Origin: Eledone cirrhosa
Taxonomy: Eukaryota
Assembly (NCBI GenBank): GCA_964016885.1
Contig: OZ024743.1
Location: 245,396,001-245,460,000, forward strand
DNA length: 64,000 nucleotides
Direction of reading: 5' to 3'
Shown here: positions 13,277-31,888 of the stretch, piece after piece
Position numbering within the stretch: the first letter of the stretch is position 1
Layout of the letters: each line of letters opens with the position of its first letter
The notes under the pieces: model-generated
Seen by the model: only the letters and a program-made list of their open reading frames with translations
Told to the model about the DNA's origin: nothing
The model's database searches: none
Made by a program: the position numbers and the translations under genes

Positions 13277-14800
13277 TCAGACAGATAATACTTTCCTTAA
13301 AATGTGCGCAGTACCTAGCAAAGCGGCATTTTGTATGACACCCAACCTGTATGGTATTTCCAGTCGCTTTAAAAAGTTTTGAAGTTTCAATGGGATTGAC
13401 CCTAATGCACCAATCACAATTGGTATCACTTTCACATTACCCTCATGCATTCCAAATAGCCTTGCTAGCTCCTCTTTCAATTCAGAGTACTTGGTGATTT
13501 TTTTCAATCTCCTTACTCGAAATACTCGTGTCATTTGGTATGGCCACCTCGATGATCTGACAGTATTTGCTTTTTCTTGTTCAATGCGACAATATCCGGT
13601 CGGCGCTGCTCAATTATTGTTTCAGTTTGAAAATCATAATCCCAGAATATCGTGGTTTTCCCATCCTCCTGCAATACATTTACAAGTCACATTCTCATAC
13701 CAATTCTCTATGACTTCTTATTGGTATTTACAATACAGAAGCCAATGAAGGTATAGACACACTTTATCATGGTGGCGCTTGTATTCTTTTTACATAAGGC
13801 TCTCACAACCACTTACCAAGTGGGCCACATTTTCCACATTCTTTTCACAAAGCCTGCATTTCTGGGTGTCAGTAGTTTTGTAAATGTTATACTTCACCGA
13901 ATTCTTAGCAAGGCTTTCAGTGGCACGTTTAAAATCGCCTTTGATATCCACTGTATTTCTCTTAATTTGACCTTGCATTCTCATTCATAGAAGATTTTTT
14001 CCTTTCTATTCGACTCTTAGGTTATACCCTTTTTTCCAACAAATATCCTGCAAGCGTTCTCCTTTCACTCATTATGCAAATATCCACACTGATGAAGCCT
14101 CTGCCACCATTCTTTCTCTTCATGTATAGTCTATTAATATTCGCTTTAGGGTGTAAAGCTCCGTATAATGTTATTAACTTTCTCGTCTTTCCATCTAATT
14201 TCGATATTCCTTCTTCAGTCCAACTGAGAATGGATGCACTATATCTAATAAATGCAACTGCCAAGATATTCATTGCAGTGACCAGAATTCTTGCATTCAA
14301 GTTGGATTTTAAAATCATTTTTACTCTTTCTAAATATATCCCTCTAACTTTATTTTCTCATTTCTGTGCCGCAAAATATCATTTATAACCATTATCTTCT
14401 GATTCTCCCATGCTTTCTCCCTATGGCAGTCGTAATCCACTACAGGCTGCTTTCTTCCTTCTTTACATGTTGAGTACAGAGCATTTGGAAATCAAAAATT
14501 CCACACCGATGTCACAGCTACTTATCTGGACTGTTTTAACCAACAAGTCTATTTGGTTTTCAGACATCCCAAACAGTTTCAGGTCATCCGTAAACAGAAG
14601 GTGGTTTATGAACGGCCCTTGCTTTCCACATTGTTAGCCCACTTTTATTTTTCTGAGTGTGAGTGCTATAACAAGGTATCAGTGCTATAACAAAAAGTAA
14701 TGGTGAGAATGAGTCCCCTTGGAAGATACCGCTTTTAATTTCTAATTCTCGCAGAAAGACGTTGCTTGACTATAACTTGGTTTTCCACTTTGGTATTACT
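13277..14800 (-). mobile_element. Second decayed R4-like RLE fragment
   Basis: RLYMKRKNGGRG, CRLCEK..HLVSGC, KYSELK..PIVIGALG..LLGTAHILRKVL. Confidence 0.75.
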
Positions 14801-14879
14801 ATTCAGCATAATTTTTGTTGTTGTTGTTAATAAAAACACAGGTACTATTCGATTTTCACTTCAGCTTTATTATTAGTTA

Positions 14880-15200
14880 TTAGTATGTCAAAGATGGAGT
14901 GAACAAAATAAGAGCAGAAAGAAGAGGCACAGAGGAAAATAAATAGCCATTGAGGAGATCACAGAATGTGTGACGAAAGAACTTTGACTAACTAATAATT
15001 GTTTCTACTTTTGGCACAAGGCCAGCAATTATTCCAGTGTATTACTGGTACTTTATTTTATCGACCTCGTAAGGATGAAAGGCAAAGTTAACCTCGTGAA
15101 AATCGAATAGTGTATTATTGGCAATTTTGGCAACATGACTATCCCCAAATATAACAATATCTGTTTCAACACGATTTAACATCAAGAATATTGTAAAACA
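14880..15200 (+). mobile_element. Old pLTR of PLE family C, interrupted by a SINE (14996-15097, minus)
   Basis: Matches 33480-33770 (tcacagaatgtgtgacgaaagaactttgac; ttggcaacatgac). Confidence 0.65.
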
Positions 15201-15221
15201 AATACATATATTCATACATAC

Positions 15222-16945
15222 ATCTTTCAGGGTAATAGCTTATAAGTGCTGCTCTTCGTCCTCTCACTAAACCCACTATCATACCTACTCACAAAACAAA
15301 ATGGTCATAGAAGTGGTCCAGAAGTATCTCCTATCTTTTCTTTGTTGATGACCTGAAGTTGAATCTGCCAAATACCAACTATATCAAAAACAATTGGACC
15401 TCATTACACGATTTTCTGTAGACAGCAGAATGAAATTTGGTGAGTCCAAATGTGCATATTTGACAGTAAAACGTGGAAGGGTTGTCCCACCTCTGGAAAT
15501 TTAGAGATGAACGGCTTGACAATACAACCTCTACAGTCAGGTGACAACCACAGATATCTTGGACAGGATGAGAATGTCAGATATGATGGACCCATAAATA
15601 AGGAGAGAACCAGAACTGAAGATCTCAGGAGAGTAAAGAAAATATGGTCATCAGAACTCTCAGCGTACAACAAATACATTGCCCATAATACTTATGCTGT
15701 GCCAATCCTAATACCAGCATTTGGCCTGCTGAATTGGTCATTACAAGAACTAAGTGAGATGGATGTAAGAACTTGCAAGCTTCTCTGTGTTACTGGAAAC
15801 TTTAACATCAATGGTGATGTGGATAGACTATACTTCTCACGCAAGGAAGGTGGCTGGGGTTTAAACTCTATATTAACATCATACGAGACCCTGATAGTAA
15901 CACGGAAGCAATATCTTCAACAGAACAAAAAGGTCAGCAACCATCTTGCCCAGGTTTATGAGCACGAAGGAAATAAAATCATTAGGATAGGTACTGATCT
16001 AGAGGAGAGATATGGAATAAGGCTTGATATAAATCTATCTCCCAGGAACATTGGAAGATCCTATTCAATGCTCGAACAAGATTTAAAAAATGAAACAATT
16101 TATAGAGAAAGTTGTGTATGGGTATCTGAGGTGAAAACCACAGACCATAGAGCGGATAAATCACTCAAAAACCTGGCATGGAGTTCTGACAAGTTTATGA
16201 CATCCCACCTTGAAGGATATCTCTATGCAACACAAGAACAAGAAATCCCTATCAAATATCTGTTACACAAAGGAGGAGGGCTATCAGTCGACAATAAATG
16301 TAGGATATGTAAAACAAAAATCGAAGATGTTAGCCACATTGTTGTAAAGTGTGAAAGAATGTCGTCTCGCTACTACCTCCCCACGAGACACGATGGGATA
16401 GCTAGAACCATCTGGAACGCAATAAGGAAAACAAAATTAAAAACAAATGAGAAGGAATATGTTGAGATAGATGGCACTAAAGAATACTGGTGGAATCTGA
16501 AAATAAAAACTGCCACCAAATTAAAGCACAACCGGCCTGATATTGTTGTTTGGGACCACATATTGAAAACATGCTCTGTAGTAGAGATAAGCTGCCCACT
16601 TGATGTAAACATTGTAAGAAAAATACAAGAGAAGGAGGACATCTACGGACCGTTGATGAAGAGTTTGCAGATCCAGTATCCATGGTATACCTTCAGCTCT
16701 ATACCCATTATTATTGGAGCTACAGGTTATATACCAACCCGCTTGGACTAAAGTATGACTGAACTAGGATTTGAGGACGAAGAGTACAGCTCCCTAATTC
16801 ATAGACTACAAATGACCGCGATAGCTGGCACCTTCAAAATTTACAAAACATTCTTGCGATTCAAGGGAAGACAATTTCTTTTCTTTTACAACCTTGCACC
16901 AGGAAGGTAGCCGGTCAAAAATGAACTCGAAATTAAGAGAAAGAA
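15222..16945 (+). mobile_element. 5'-truncated R4/Dong-like RLE element, related subfamily
   Basis: The 433-aa ORF 15450-16751 has CRIC..HIVVKC, RHD and RPDIVVWD..VEISCP, homologous to copies A and B. It ends at (CA)n. Confidence 0.8.
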
Positions 16946-17103
16946 ACACACACACACACACGCACACATATAATTCAAGTTAAATGATATATTGAGAGAG
17001 AGAAAGAGTCATATACCATTTGAGAAACACAGTATTTTGTACACATACAAAACAAATAATATTCAGGGAAATACACATACTTTAGAATTGGAAAATTCAT
17101 ATC

Positions 17104-17229
17104 TTCCTTACAGCGCTGTTTCATAGTTAAAAATACCGGAGCGTACAATCAATCTAAGTAATCAATTATCGATTACCAACGATCGATTTTGGTAAAGCAA
17201 TGAAAGACAAGGATCAATCATCACAGGAA
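17104..17229 (-). ncRNA. Candidate decayed HHR with long stem II
   Basis: Minus strand: ttcct GTGATGA ..~95 nt.. GAAA cagcgctg TA aggaa. Core C3 is mutated. Confidence 0.4.
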
Positions 17230-17266
17230 TTGTCTTAATATATATCCGATACTGTACAAAACAAAT

Positions 17267-19272
<2,006 letters not shown>

Positions 19273-19279
19273 AGTGCAT

Positions 19280-21345
<2,066 letters not shown>

Positions 21346-21618
21346 ATTATATGGCAAAAATAAGTCGAGTGCTATGTCGATTGACTCAACTTTACGTCGA
21401 TCTGCCAAAAATATTAAACCATAAAAACACTATATAAAACAATAAAAACATATATAATCACATTTAAATAAATGCTAAAATATAAAGTATAAAGTATTGT
21501 GATGTATTATATGGGGAATGCCTATTAGCGGTTTATAGGCGGTTAACTCCTCATTCGTAGTTATTCGACTTAAGTATTGAATTCTGGAACCAATTAACGA
21601 CGTATGGTGAGGTTTACC

Positions 21619-21663
<45 letters not shown>

Positions 21664-21979
21664 AAAGTAAACGGATAAGGAACACAGGAAAATGATACAA
21701 CAAAATGAAAATGTATATTAGTTTAATGCTTGATATAGTGGGAAAAGTGTCTTAATGTTGCGGGTGTTGAACATTCATCGGAAAATAATATGAGAAATAA
21801 GACAAGAAATAGAAAGTGCATCTGAGCACTGTGCACAATAATTTCATTTTTTTTTTAAAGAGAGTGAGAAGAGAATGAAACGAAAACCCTCCATCTGTAT
21901 TCTACTTTTGAAAAGCATAATAACTGCGAAACCGGTAAAGGAACCAAATAAATATTCTTAAAAAAACTCCAGTTGCATA

Positions 21980-22056
<77 letters not shown>

Positions 22057-22155
22057 AAAAAATGAAACGAAATTTTATTTCTCACTCTTAGTACGGCTGT
22101 TACTTAAAAGTAAGTATGTATCCGTACATACATATATGTATACAGACGTACAGTA

Positions 22156-22192
<37 letters not shown>

Positions 22193-22249
22193 ATTAAAAA
22201 AATAATGAATAAAACAATGAAACAGTTCCTTATATTAAACAAAAAAAGT

Positions 22250-22401
22250 TCATTATTTAACGATCGTTTCTAGGACATATATGTGTTAGAATTGGCATGC
22301 ATATTCAACAGATCTATGTACAAAATTATACAAAATTATACAAACTATCAAATATAATATACATACCAAACACATACATATGCCGTCTTCAGAAATAATG
22401 A
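22250..22401 (-). ncRNA. HHR with extended stem II in the inverted pLTR
   Basis: Mirror copy of 29197-29348. Confidence 0.65.
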
Positions 22402-22751
22402 AATATATTTATTGATAATAACAACAATTCAAAATTACAGGTCTGTTTGGGAACAGAGTTCAAATTGACCAATGAAATACACAAAAATATATCAAGAAAA
22501 TACAGTTAGGTGTGTGTATATATGTAAGTAACTTCGTTCACAGATATGCATAAAAATATATGTTCACATGCATACGCATGTCGAAAAAATGTATGTAAAT
22601 ACAAAAATTCAGGGCTAATGTCTCTGTATGTTTATAATCTACAGATAAAATACACATACGTATATAAACATATATACATTCATATATACACACATATACA
22701 TACATTCACACACACACGCGCATATACACATAAACATACACATACCCACGA

Positions 22752-22787
<36 letters not shown>

Positions 22788-23012
22788 GTATATATTATTA
22801 TTATAACTATATGGATATTAAGGCGCACACATAAACACTACCACATATATTTACATCTAGATGCAGAAGTAGGTAAAGGGGGTCAGTAATTACTAAGGGT
22901 GTCAGAGAACTGCCTATTTATAAAATGTATCTATAAATTTAAAAATAAAAAGAAATATATTAAAAAAAATATAAACAAGTAAAATATATACTCATACATA
23001 AAATACACACCG

Positions 23013-23051
<39 letters not shown>

Positions 23052-23058
23052 TATATAC

Positions 23059-23089
<31 letters not shown>

Positions 23090-23534
23090 CATACATATAT
23101 ATATAGAGAGACACATACATATACATATATAAATACATAGACACACATACATACACACATATATATATACATATATTCACAACACACATACATATATACA
23201 CAAATATGTACATATATATACACACATACATATATATACATATATACATACACATACATATATATACACACATATATACACACATATATATATACATATA
23301 CACATACACACACATATATATACACACACACACACACACACATACATATACGTATATATACACACACATACACATATCCATATATGTATATACACATACA
23401 ACCACACGCTCACACAACTCAGACATACATAAATAAAGAGATATACATACACACATATACATATATATATATATATATATAGATATATACATACACATAA
23501 ACATATATACACACACACACACACACATATACAT

Positions 23535-23577
<43 letters not shown>

Positions 23578-23597
23578 CACACATATATATATATATA

Positions 23598-23628
<31 letters not shown>

Positions 23629-23705
23629 ACACACAGTCAGACAATTATGCACATATATATATATATACATACATATATATACTCATACATAAAATACACA
23701 CCGAT

Positions 23706-23814
<109 letters not shown>

Positions 23815-23937
23815 TATATACACATACATACATACATACATATATAGAGAAACATACATATACATATATAAATACATAGACACATATACATACACACATA
23901 TATATATACATATATTCACAACACACATACATATATC

Positions 23938-25836
23938 CTGAAGGATCATAAATCAAACTTTAACTCAAATCCTTCTATAAGACTTATATGTCCCTCCAAA
24001 TCTGATATTGGAATAATTAGCAAAAAAAATTTGGATAGAGTCATCCCACAAATAAGAAAACATGTTAATTTACCCCTCTGGGAAAACACTTCCCAGGTAA
24101 TTAACTGGTTTAAAAATATTAGATGTAAATCTTCTGCTTCATTTCTACAATTTGATATAGATAATTACTACTCTTCTATATCACCTATACTCCTGAACAA
24201 AGCTTTGATATTTGCTAAAAATAGATCTAACTTAACTTTGGATGACATTAATATTATTACACATGCTAGACTAACACTTATTGAATTTCAGAATGAATAC
24301 TGGACCAGAAACACATATAGTAATCTATTTGACATTACTATGGGTTCAAGCGATTCTGCCCAAATTACTGATCTTGTGGGCCTCTTTCTTCTTTTCAACA
24401 TAAATGCTTCCTTTCCCCACCTTAAAGGTGGTTTATATCGTGATGACTGTCTTCTTCTTTCCAACAACCTTAGCCTCTCAGAAATAGAAAAAAACAAAAA
24501 GCTTATTAGAACTTTCCTTAAAGACTATTATAGTCTTCATATTACTTTTGAAAACACAAGTAAAGTAGTTAATTTCCTAGATATAACTTTAGACTTAGCT
24601 ACGGGTATCTACCAACCTTACCATAAACCCAACCAAAACTTACACTACATACACTCACAATCTAATCACCCTAAATCTATCCTTAAAAACCTTGCATATA
24701 ATATATCACTTAGAATTTCTAACCTTTCGTCTAACCAAGATGTATTTGATAAAAATGCGACCTTCTATAACAAAGCTCTAGATAGAAGTGGCCACAAAAA
24801 TAGATTAGAATATATACCTTCTACTAAAAATACTATAAACATACAACCTAATATTACCAACAAACACCAAATGAAAAGTACACACCTAAATGCCACCCAC
24901 ACTATACCCCAAAATACCAACAACTCCTCTAATATAAAGTATAGTAACTCTCAAAAAACTACTCATCATACAACTCTAATAAATGTTAATAATAAAACTC
25001 CTAATAAACAAGATAAAACACCTAAATCAATAAATCTAACTAAAAATGTGCGTGGTGAGGTCATTAACATTAATCCTCCTAGTAAACATCACGATACAAC
25101 CTATAAAAATAATAAACAACATAGAAACCGTAATAGACGAGTTACTTGGTATAATGCTCCATTTAATTTACAAATTAAGGATAATATTGCTAAAAAATTA
25201 TTTTATATCCTAGAGAAAAACTTCCCGCCAAACCACAAATACCATCAAATCTTAAATAGGTCAACAATTAAATTCTCATACTCAACAACCAAAAACATAA
25301 AACAAAATATAAGTGCCTATAATGCATATAAATGTAAAAATACCATAAGTATACCACCAATAGATCAAACTAACCATAATATCTCCTCTAATACAGAATT
25401 AACGAAAGGTTGTAACTGTAGAAACAAAGCAAACTGCCCATTAAAAGGAAATTGTCTTGTTAACAACATAGTTTATAAATGTAAAGTTAAAACTAAAGAT
25501 TCTATTTGCTCATATATAGGAGCTACTTCTAACAATTTTAAGGTAAGGTTTAATACCCACAAACATAGTTTTAAAAATGCCGCACTGGCTAATACAACAT
25601 CTCTAGCAGAAAAAATTAATAGTTATAGAAATAAGAATATAGAATATGATATGACCTGGAGTGTGCTCAAAAGAGCCACCCCTTATCAAAATAATAGAAA
25701 TGAATGTAGATTATGTTCCCAAGAACTATTTGAAATAATGAAATCTAAGGATATCCTATTAAATAAGCGACAGGAATTAATTATATCGTGTAATCATAAA
25801 CTGAGAAAAACATTTAAATATTATAAACCTAATTAA
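23938..25836 (+). CDS. PLE reverse transcriptase + GIY-YIG endonuclease (open frame, 5'-truncated)
   Basis: The frame is open from 23938 ([16 protein letters not shown]). Motifs: FDI, ITMGS, YRDD, CNC..CPL..C linker, IVYKC..YIGAT, CRLC, LNKR.E...C.H. Confidence 0.85.
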   Translation: MKDHKSNFNSNPSIRLICPSKSDIGIISKKNLDRVIPQIRKHVNLPLWENTSQVINWFKNIRCKSSASFLQFDIDNYYSSISPILLNKALIFAKNRSNLTLDDINIITHARLTLIEFQNEYWTRNTYSNLFDITMGSSDSAQITDLVGLFLLFNINASFPHLKGGLYRDDCLLLSNNLSLSEIEKNKKLIRTFLKDYYSLHITFENTSKVVNFLDITLDLATGIYQPYHKPNQNLHYIHSQSNHPKSILKNLAYNISLRISNLSSNQDVFDKNATFYNKALDRSGHKNRLEYIPSTKNTINIQPNITNKHQMKSTHLNATHTIPQNTNNSSNIKYSNSQKTTHHTTLINVNNKTPNKQDKTPKSINLTKNVRGEVININPPSKHHDTTYKNNKQHRNRNRRVTWYNAPFNLQIKDNIAKKLFYILEKNFPPNHKYHQILNRSTIKFSYSTTKNIKQNISAYNAYKCKNTISIPPIDQTNHNISSNTELTKGCNCRNKANCPLKGNCLVNNIVYKCKVKTKDSICSYIGATSNNFKVRFNTHKHSFKNAALANTTSLAEKINSYRNKNIEYDMTWSVLKRATPYQNNRNECRLCSQELFEIMKSKDILLNKRQELIISCNHKLRKTFKYYKPN

Positions 25837-26700
25837 TAATATATATTTTAGAAATTAATATATAATTTAATTTAAATGTAGTTAACCTATAAATTTAATT
25901 TAATTAAAATTCTACTACAGATGAGATTAAAAAATATTATGTAATCATAAATTGTGAAAAACTTTTAAATATTATTAACATAATTAATATATACTTTGTA
26001 AATTAATTTATAGATTAATTTTAGTTTATTTAACCTTTTATTAAAATTCCTTTACAGATGAAATATAACAAAATATCGTGTAATCAATAACAGAGAGATA
26101 TTTTTTAATATTATAAACCTAATTAATGTACAATTTAGAAATTTATTTATAAATTAATTTTAATTTAGTTAACCTATAATTTTAATTTAATTAACTTAAA
26201 ATTAAAATTCTAATACAGATGGATTGCAGAATATCATGTAATCATAAACTGAGATAAATTTTTAAATATATACCTAATTAATATATTCTTTACAATTAAA
26301 TATATATATATATATATTAATTTTAATTTTTGTTAACCTATAATTATATTCTACTATAGATAAAATACAAAATCTGCTTTAATTATTATAAACCTAATTA
26401 ACATATACTATAGAAATTAATATATAATTTTTTATTTAGTTAACCTATAATTTATATTCTACTACCGATGAAATACTTGATTTGGTTTTCCCTATTACTA
26501 AATTCATTTCCTAATATTGATACCATAATGTTAATATTTTTAATTTAGTTATGCTATAATTAATATTCTACTACTGTTTAACTTCAAAATTCCGCTTCAA
26601 ATATTATAAACCTAAGTAGTATACACCTTAGAAATCAATATATTAACTATTTTTAATTTAGTTAACCTATAATTAATAGTCTACTTATATTAAAATGCAT
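25790..26700 (+). repeat. AT-rich ~120-160 bp tandem repeat derived from the PLE ORF terminus
   Basis: tgtaatcataaactgag..ttataaacctaattaa and gttaacctataa..attctactacagatg recur about 6 times. Confidence 0.75.
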
Positions 26701-26965
26701 AATTTTGCCTTCTTTCTTACATTTCCTAATACTGAAACTACTATGTAAACACATATTATGATCTAAATGCAGATTAATATTCCATGTTCCTTGAAACCTA
26801 TATTAACTATTTCCCACTAATAATTTTAATCCCTTCCCCCCCGCCTATAATTATTTGTATTTGTAAGCGTGGATGTATGTATGTGTATGTAAGTAGGTAT
26901 GTATGTTTGGGTGTTTGTATCTGAGTATAAAAATACATATGTGCGCATATAAATAAGTGTGTATG

Positions 26966-27008
<43 letters not shown>

Positions 27009-27230
27009 GTATATGTATATATATGTATATATATATGTGTGTGTATATATATGTCTATATATATATATATATATGTGTGTATGTATATATGTATGTGTGC
27101 GTGTGTATGTGTGTATATATATTTGTAGAGATGTGTGTATGTATATGTATATATATATATGTGTGCATAATTGTCTGACTGTGTGTATTTATTTATTTTT
27201 TATTTTTTTACTTTTATATATATATATGTA

Positions 27231-27281
<51 letters not shown>

Positions 27282-27730
27282 ATGTATATGTGTGTGTGTG
27301 TGTGTATATATATAATTTTATGTGTATGTATATATCTATCTATATATATATATATATATGTATATGTGTGTATGTATATCTCTTTATTTATGTATGTCTG
27401 AGTTATGTGAGCGTGTGGTTATATATGTATATACATACATGGATATGTGTATGTATGTGTATATATACGTATATGTATGTGTGTGTGTGTGTGTATATAT
27501 GTGTGTATATGTATATATATATATATATATGTGTGTATATGTGTGTGTATATATATGTGTGTGTATGTATATATGTATATATATGTATGTGCGTATGTGT
27601 ATGTACATATTTGTGTATATATGTATGTGTGTTGTGAATATATGTATATATATATGTGTGTATGTATATGTGTCTATGTATTTATATATGTATGTTTCTC
27701 TATATATGTATGTATGTGTATATATATATG

Positions 27731-27843
<113 letters not shown>

Positions 27844-27995
27844 CGGTGTGTATTTTATGTATGAGTATATATATATATATGTATATGTATATATGTGTAT
27901 ATATATGTATGTATATATATATATGTGTGCATAATTGTCTGACTGTGTGTATTTATTTATTTATTTATTTTTATATATATATATATATATGTGTG

Positions 27996-28064
<69 letters not shown>

Positions 28065-28509
28065 ATGTATATATGTGTGTGTGTGTGTGTATATATATTT
28101 ATGTGTATGTATATATCTATATATATATATATATATATATGTATATGTGTGTATGTATATCTCTTTATTTATGTATGTCTGAGTTGTGTGAGCGTGTGGT
28201 TGTATGTGTATATACATATATGGATATGTGTATGTGTGTGTATATATACGTATATGTATGTGTGTGTGTGTGTGTGTGTATATATATGTGTGTGTATGTG
28301 TATATGTATATATATATGTGTGTATATATGTGTGTATATATATGTATGTGTATGTATATATGTATATATATGTATGTGTGTATATATATGTACATATTTG
28401 TGTATATATGTATGTGTGTTGTGAATATATGTATATATATATATGTGTGTATGTATGTGTGTCTATGTATTTATATATGTATATGTATGTGTCTCTCTCT
28501 ATATATATG

Positions 28510-28540
<31 letters not shown>

Positions 28541-29196
28541 GTATATATATATGTATATATATATGTATATATGTATATCGGTGTGTATTTTATGTATGAG
28601 TATATATTTTACTTGTTTATATTTTTTAAAATATATTTCTTTTTATTTCTAAATTTATAGATACATTTAATAAATAGGCAGTTCTCTGACACCCTTAGTA
28701 ATTACTGAACCCCCTTCCTACTTCTGCATCTGGATTAAAATATATGTGGCAGTGTTTATGTGTGCGCATTAATATCCATATAGTTATAATAATAATATAT
28801 ACATATGTGTGTGTGTGTGTGTGTGTGTGAGTGTGTGTGTGTATGTTCGTGGGTATGTGTATGTTTATGTGTATATGCGCGTGTGTGTGTGAATGTATGT
28901 ATATGTGTGTATATATGAATGTATATATGTTTATATACGTATGTGTATTTTATATGTAGATTATAAACATACAGAGACATTAGCCCTGAATTTTTGTATT
29001 TACATACATTTTTTCGACATGCGTATGCATGTGAACATATATTTTTATGCATATCTGTGAACGAAGTTACTTACATATATACACACACCTAACTGTATTT
29101 TCTTGATATATTTTTGTGTATTTCATTGGTCAATTTGAACTCTGTTCCCAAACAGACCTGTAATTTTGAATTGTTGTTATTATCAATAAATATATT

Positions 29197-29348
29197 TCAT
29201 TATTTCTGAAGACGGCATATGTATGTGTTTGGTATGTATATTATATTTGATAGTTTGTATAATTTTGTATAATTTTGTACATAGATCTGTTGAATATGCA
29301 TGCCAATTCTAACACATCTATGTCCTAGAAACGATCGTTAAATAATGA
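29197..29348 (+). ncRNA. HHR with ~115-nt stem II in the direct pLTR
   Basis: tcattattt CTGAAGA c ggcatatgtatgtgtt .. aacacatctatgtc cta GAAA cgatcg TT aaataatga. Stem I is a perfect 9 bp. Confidence 0.7.
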
Positions 29349-29544
29349 ACTTTTTTTGTTTAATATAAGGAACTGTTTCATTGTTTTATTCATTATTTTT
29401 TTAATACTTTATCTTGACTCTGTATTCCGTTTATCTTTCACCGAAAGTGATTTTTGAATGCATCTCTTCTTTCCATGATATCCGGATTACATTGAGTTCT
29501 TCATACGGATTGGACACTACCGTAAACTCTTGGTAGATTTATCT

Positions 29545-29629
<85 letters not shown>

Positions 29630-29654
29630 CATGCACACACATATATATATATAT

Positions 29655-30240
29655 ATGTACGTATAGATTCACCGAACATTATTATAATGCTCGGTTTGTT
29701 TGTAAACAAACATCCCGAATTAAGCCGAACAGTGTTTAGCAACCATCGTTGCTCTTTTGTTCAACACTGACAAAGGAACGATGTACTAGTTTCAAGCTTA
29801 TTAGCTATCGTCAGCACCGTATACCTTCCTGCCAGATGATTGAACGTCTGAAAGTATATACTTTCCTTACGCATTTTAACGGATGAGCAGCCTAATTTGC
29901 CTATCGAGTGAGTTAGTCGGCCGGGCGCACCGAAAATGATAAATGGAAAAAATGAAACGAAATTTCATTTCTCACTCTTAATACGGCTGTTACTTAAATA
30001 TAAGTATGTATACGTATATACATATAAGGAAAGTATATACTTTTAGACGTTCAATCACCTGGCAGGAAGGTAATCAGTGCTGACGATAGCTAATAAGCTT
30101 GAAACTAGTACATCGTTCCTTTGTCAGTGTTGAACAAAAGGGCAACGATGGTTGCTAAACACTGTACGGCTTAATTCGGGATGTTTGTTTACAAACAAAC
30201 CGGGCATTATAATAAATGTTCGGTAAATCCATACGTACAT
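29655..30240. repeat. Inverted pair of a ~365-bp HHR-bearing non-coding unit
   Basis: 29655-29868 is the reverse complement of 30025-30240. HHRs at 29778-29820 (minus) and 30077-30113 (plus). Confidence 0.85.
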
Positions 30241-30280
30241 ATATATATATGTGTGCATGTATATATATATATATATATAT

Positions 30281-30711
30281 ATGAAAAAGTAAGTCCTTCA
30301 TCAGTGGCCTTCCAGCCGTCCTAGGCATTTCATCGCTTTAAAGGCCATATACCTCAGGTTGGTGCGAACAACGGCTAAAAAAAGTCGTTGGGACACGTAA
30401 ATAAAGGGGACGCTAGGGTGAACAAACAAAATGGTTTAAGCAACAGAAAGTGAGAAGAAAGAGACAAGTCCCAGATTTCTATGAATATAAACTCGGTGAA
30501 ATCGTGAACGAGAGAATAAAGACCATTTTGTTTGTTCACCCTAGCGTCCCCTTTATTTACGTGTCCCAACGACTTTTTTTAGCCGTTGTTCGCACCAACC
30601 TGAGGTATATGGCCTTTAAAGCGATGAAATGCCTAGGACGGTTGGAAGGCCACTGATGAAGGACTTACTTTTTCATATGTAACCCATTTGCAACGCCGCA
30701 GCTCCCTTATT

Positions 30712-30715
<4 letters not shown>
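30281..30715. repeat. Inverted pair of units carrying permuted HHRs
   Basis: 30281-30435 is the reverse complement of 30522-30676. Flanked by (TA)n. A third copy lies at 62488-62697. Confidence 0.85.
30563..30664 (+). ncRNA. Candidate non-circularly permuted (pseudoknotted) hammerhead; mirror copy at 30293-30394 (minus)
   Basis: ccaacc tg aggta TA tggcctt taaa gcga t GAAA tgcct aggac ggttgg aaggcca CTGATGA a ggac. Confidence 0.65.
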
Positions 30716-31368
<653 letters not shown>

Positions 31369-31372
31369 ATAC

Positions 31373-31709
31373 AATATAAAACGAAGAATCAGTGATGCAT
31401 CTGGACTCAATTTATTGTATGTTACAATTGTTTCGCCGTTGGACAGCCAGAATGCGACTATTGGCCAGAATTTATGATGACGTAGAAAAACAACAGCCAA
31501 CAGCAGGACAAGCGAGGAAGATGTTTTTTGACGCTAACATCCCAGTGAGAAATTTGGGTCCGGAATTATTGCCAGTGTCCAACGAACCTGCAGTTTTCAG
31601 AATCAGACAGATCCACACAATGATCGTGTCTCGAGCTGTCTGCCGGCGAAACAATTGTAATACAATAAATTGAGTTCAGATGCATCATTGATTTTTCGTT
31701 TTATATTAT
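31373..31709. repeat. ~65-bp inverted repeats around a ~205-bp spacer
   Basis: aatataaaacgaa..ttgtttcgccg pairs with cggcgaaacaa..ttcgttttatatt. Each arm carries GAAA caattg TA. Confidence 0.75.
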
Positions 31710-31781
31710 ATCACACTCTGCTCTGTAAGAATATAGAGTGCTCAACCGGCATACCGCCTATGGAAGCATCTTAGCTACCAC

Positions 31782-31888
<107 letters not shown>

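Noticed and set aside
23938-25836. Selenocysteine recoding as reported for some Naiad PLEs
   Set aside because: There is no in-frame TGA in the visible ORF.
25790-26700. CRISPR-like repeat-spacer array
   Set aside because: Units are degenerate tandem copies without unique spacers, there are no cas genes, and the context is eukaryotic.
30563-30664. HDV-like ribozyme reading of the pseudoknot
   Set aside because: It lacks the P3/L3/P1.1/J4-2 arrangement, and the hammerhead core elements explain the conserved bases better.
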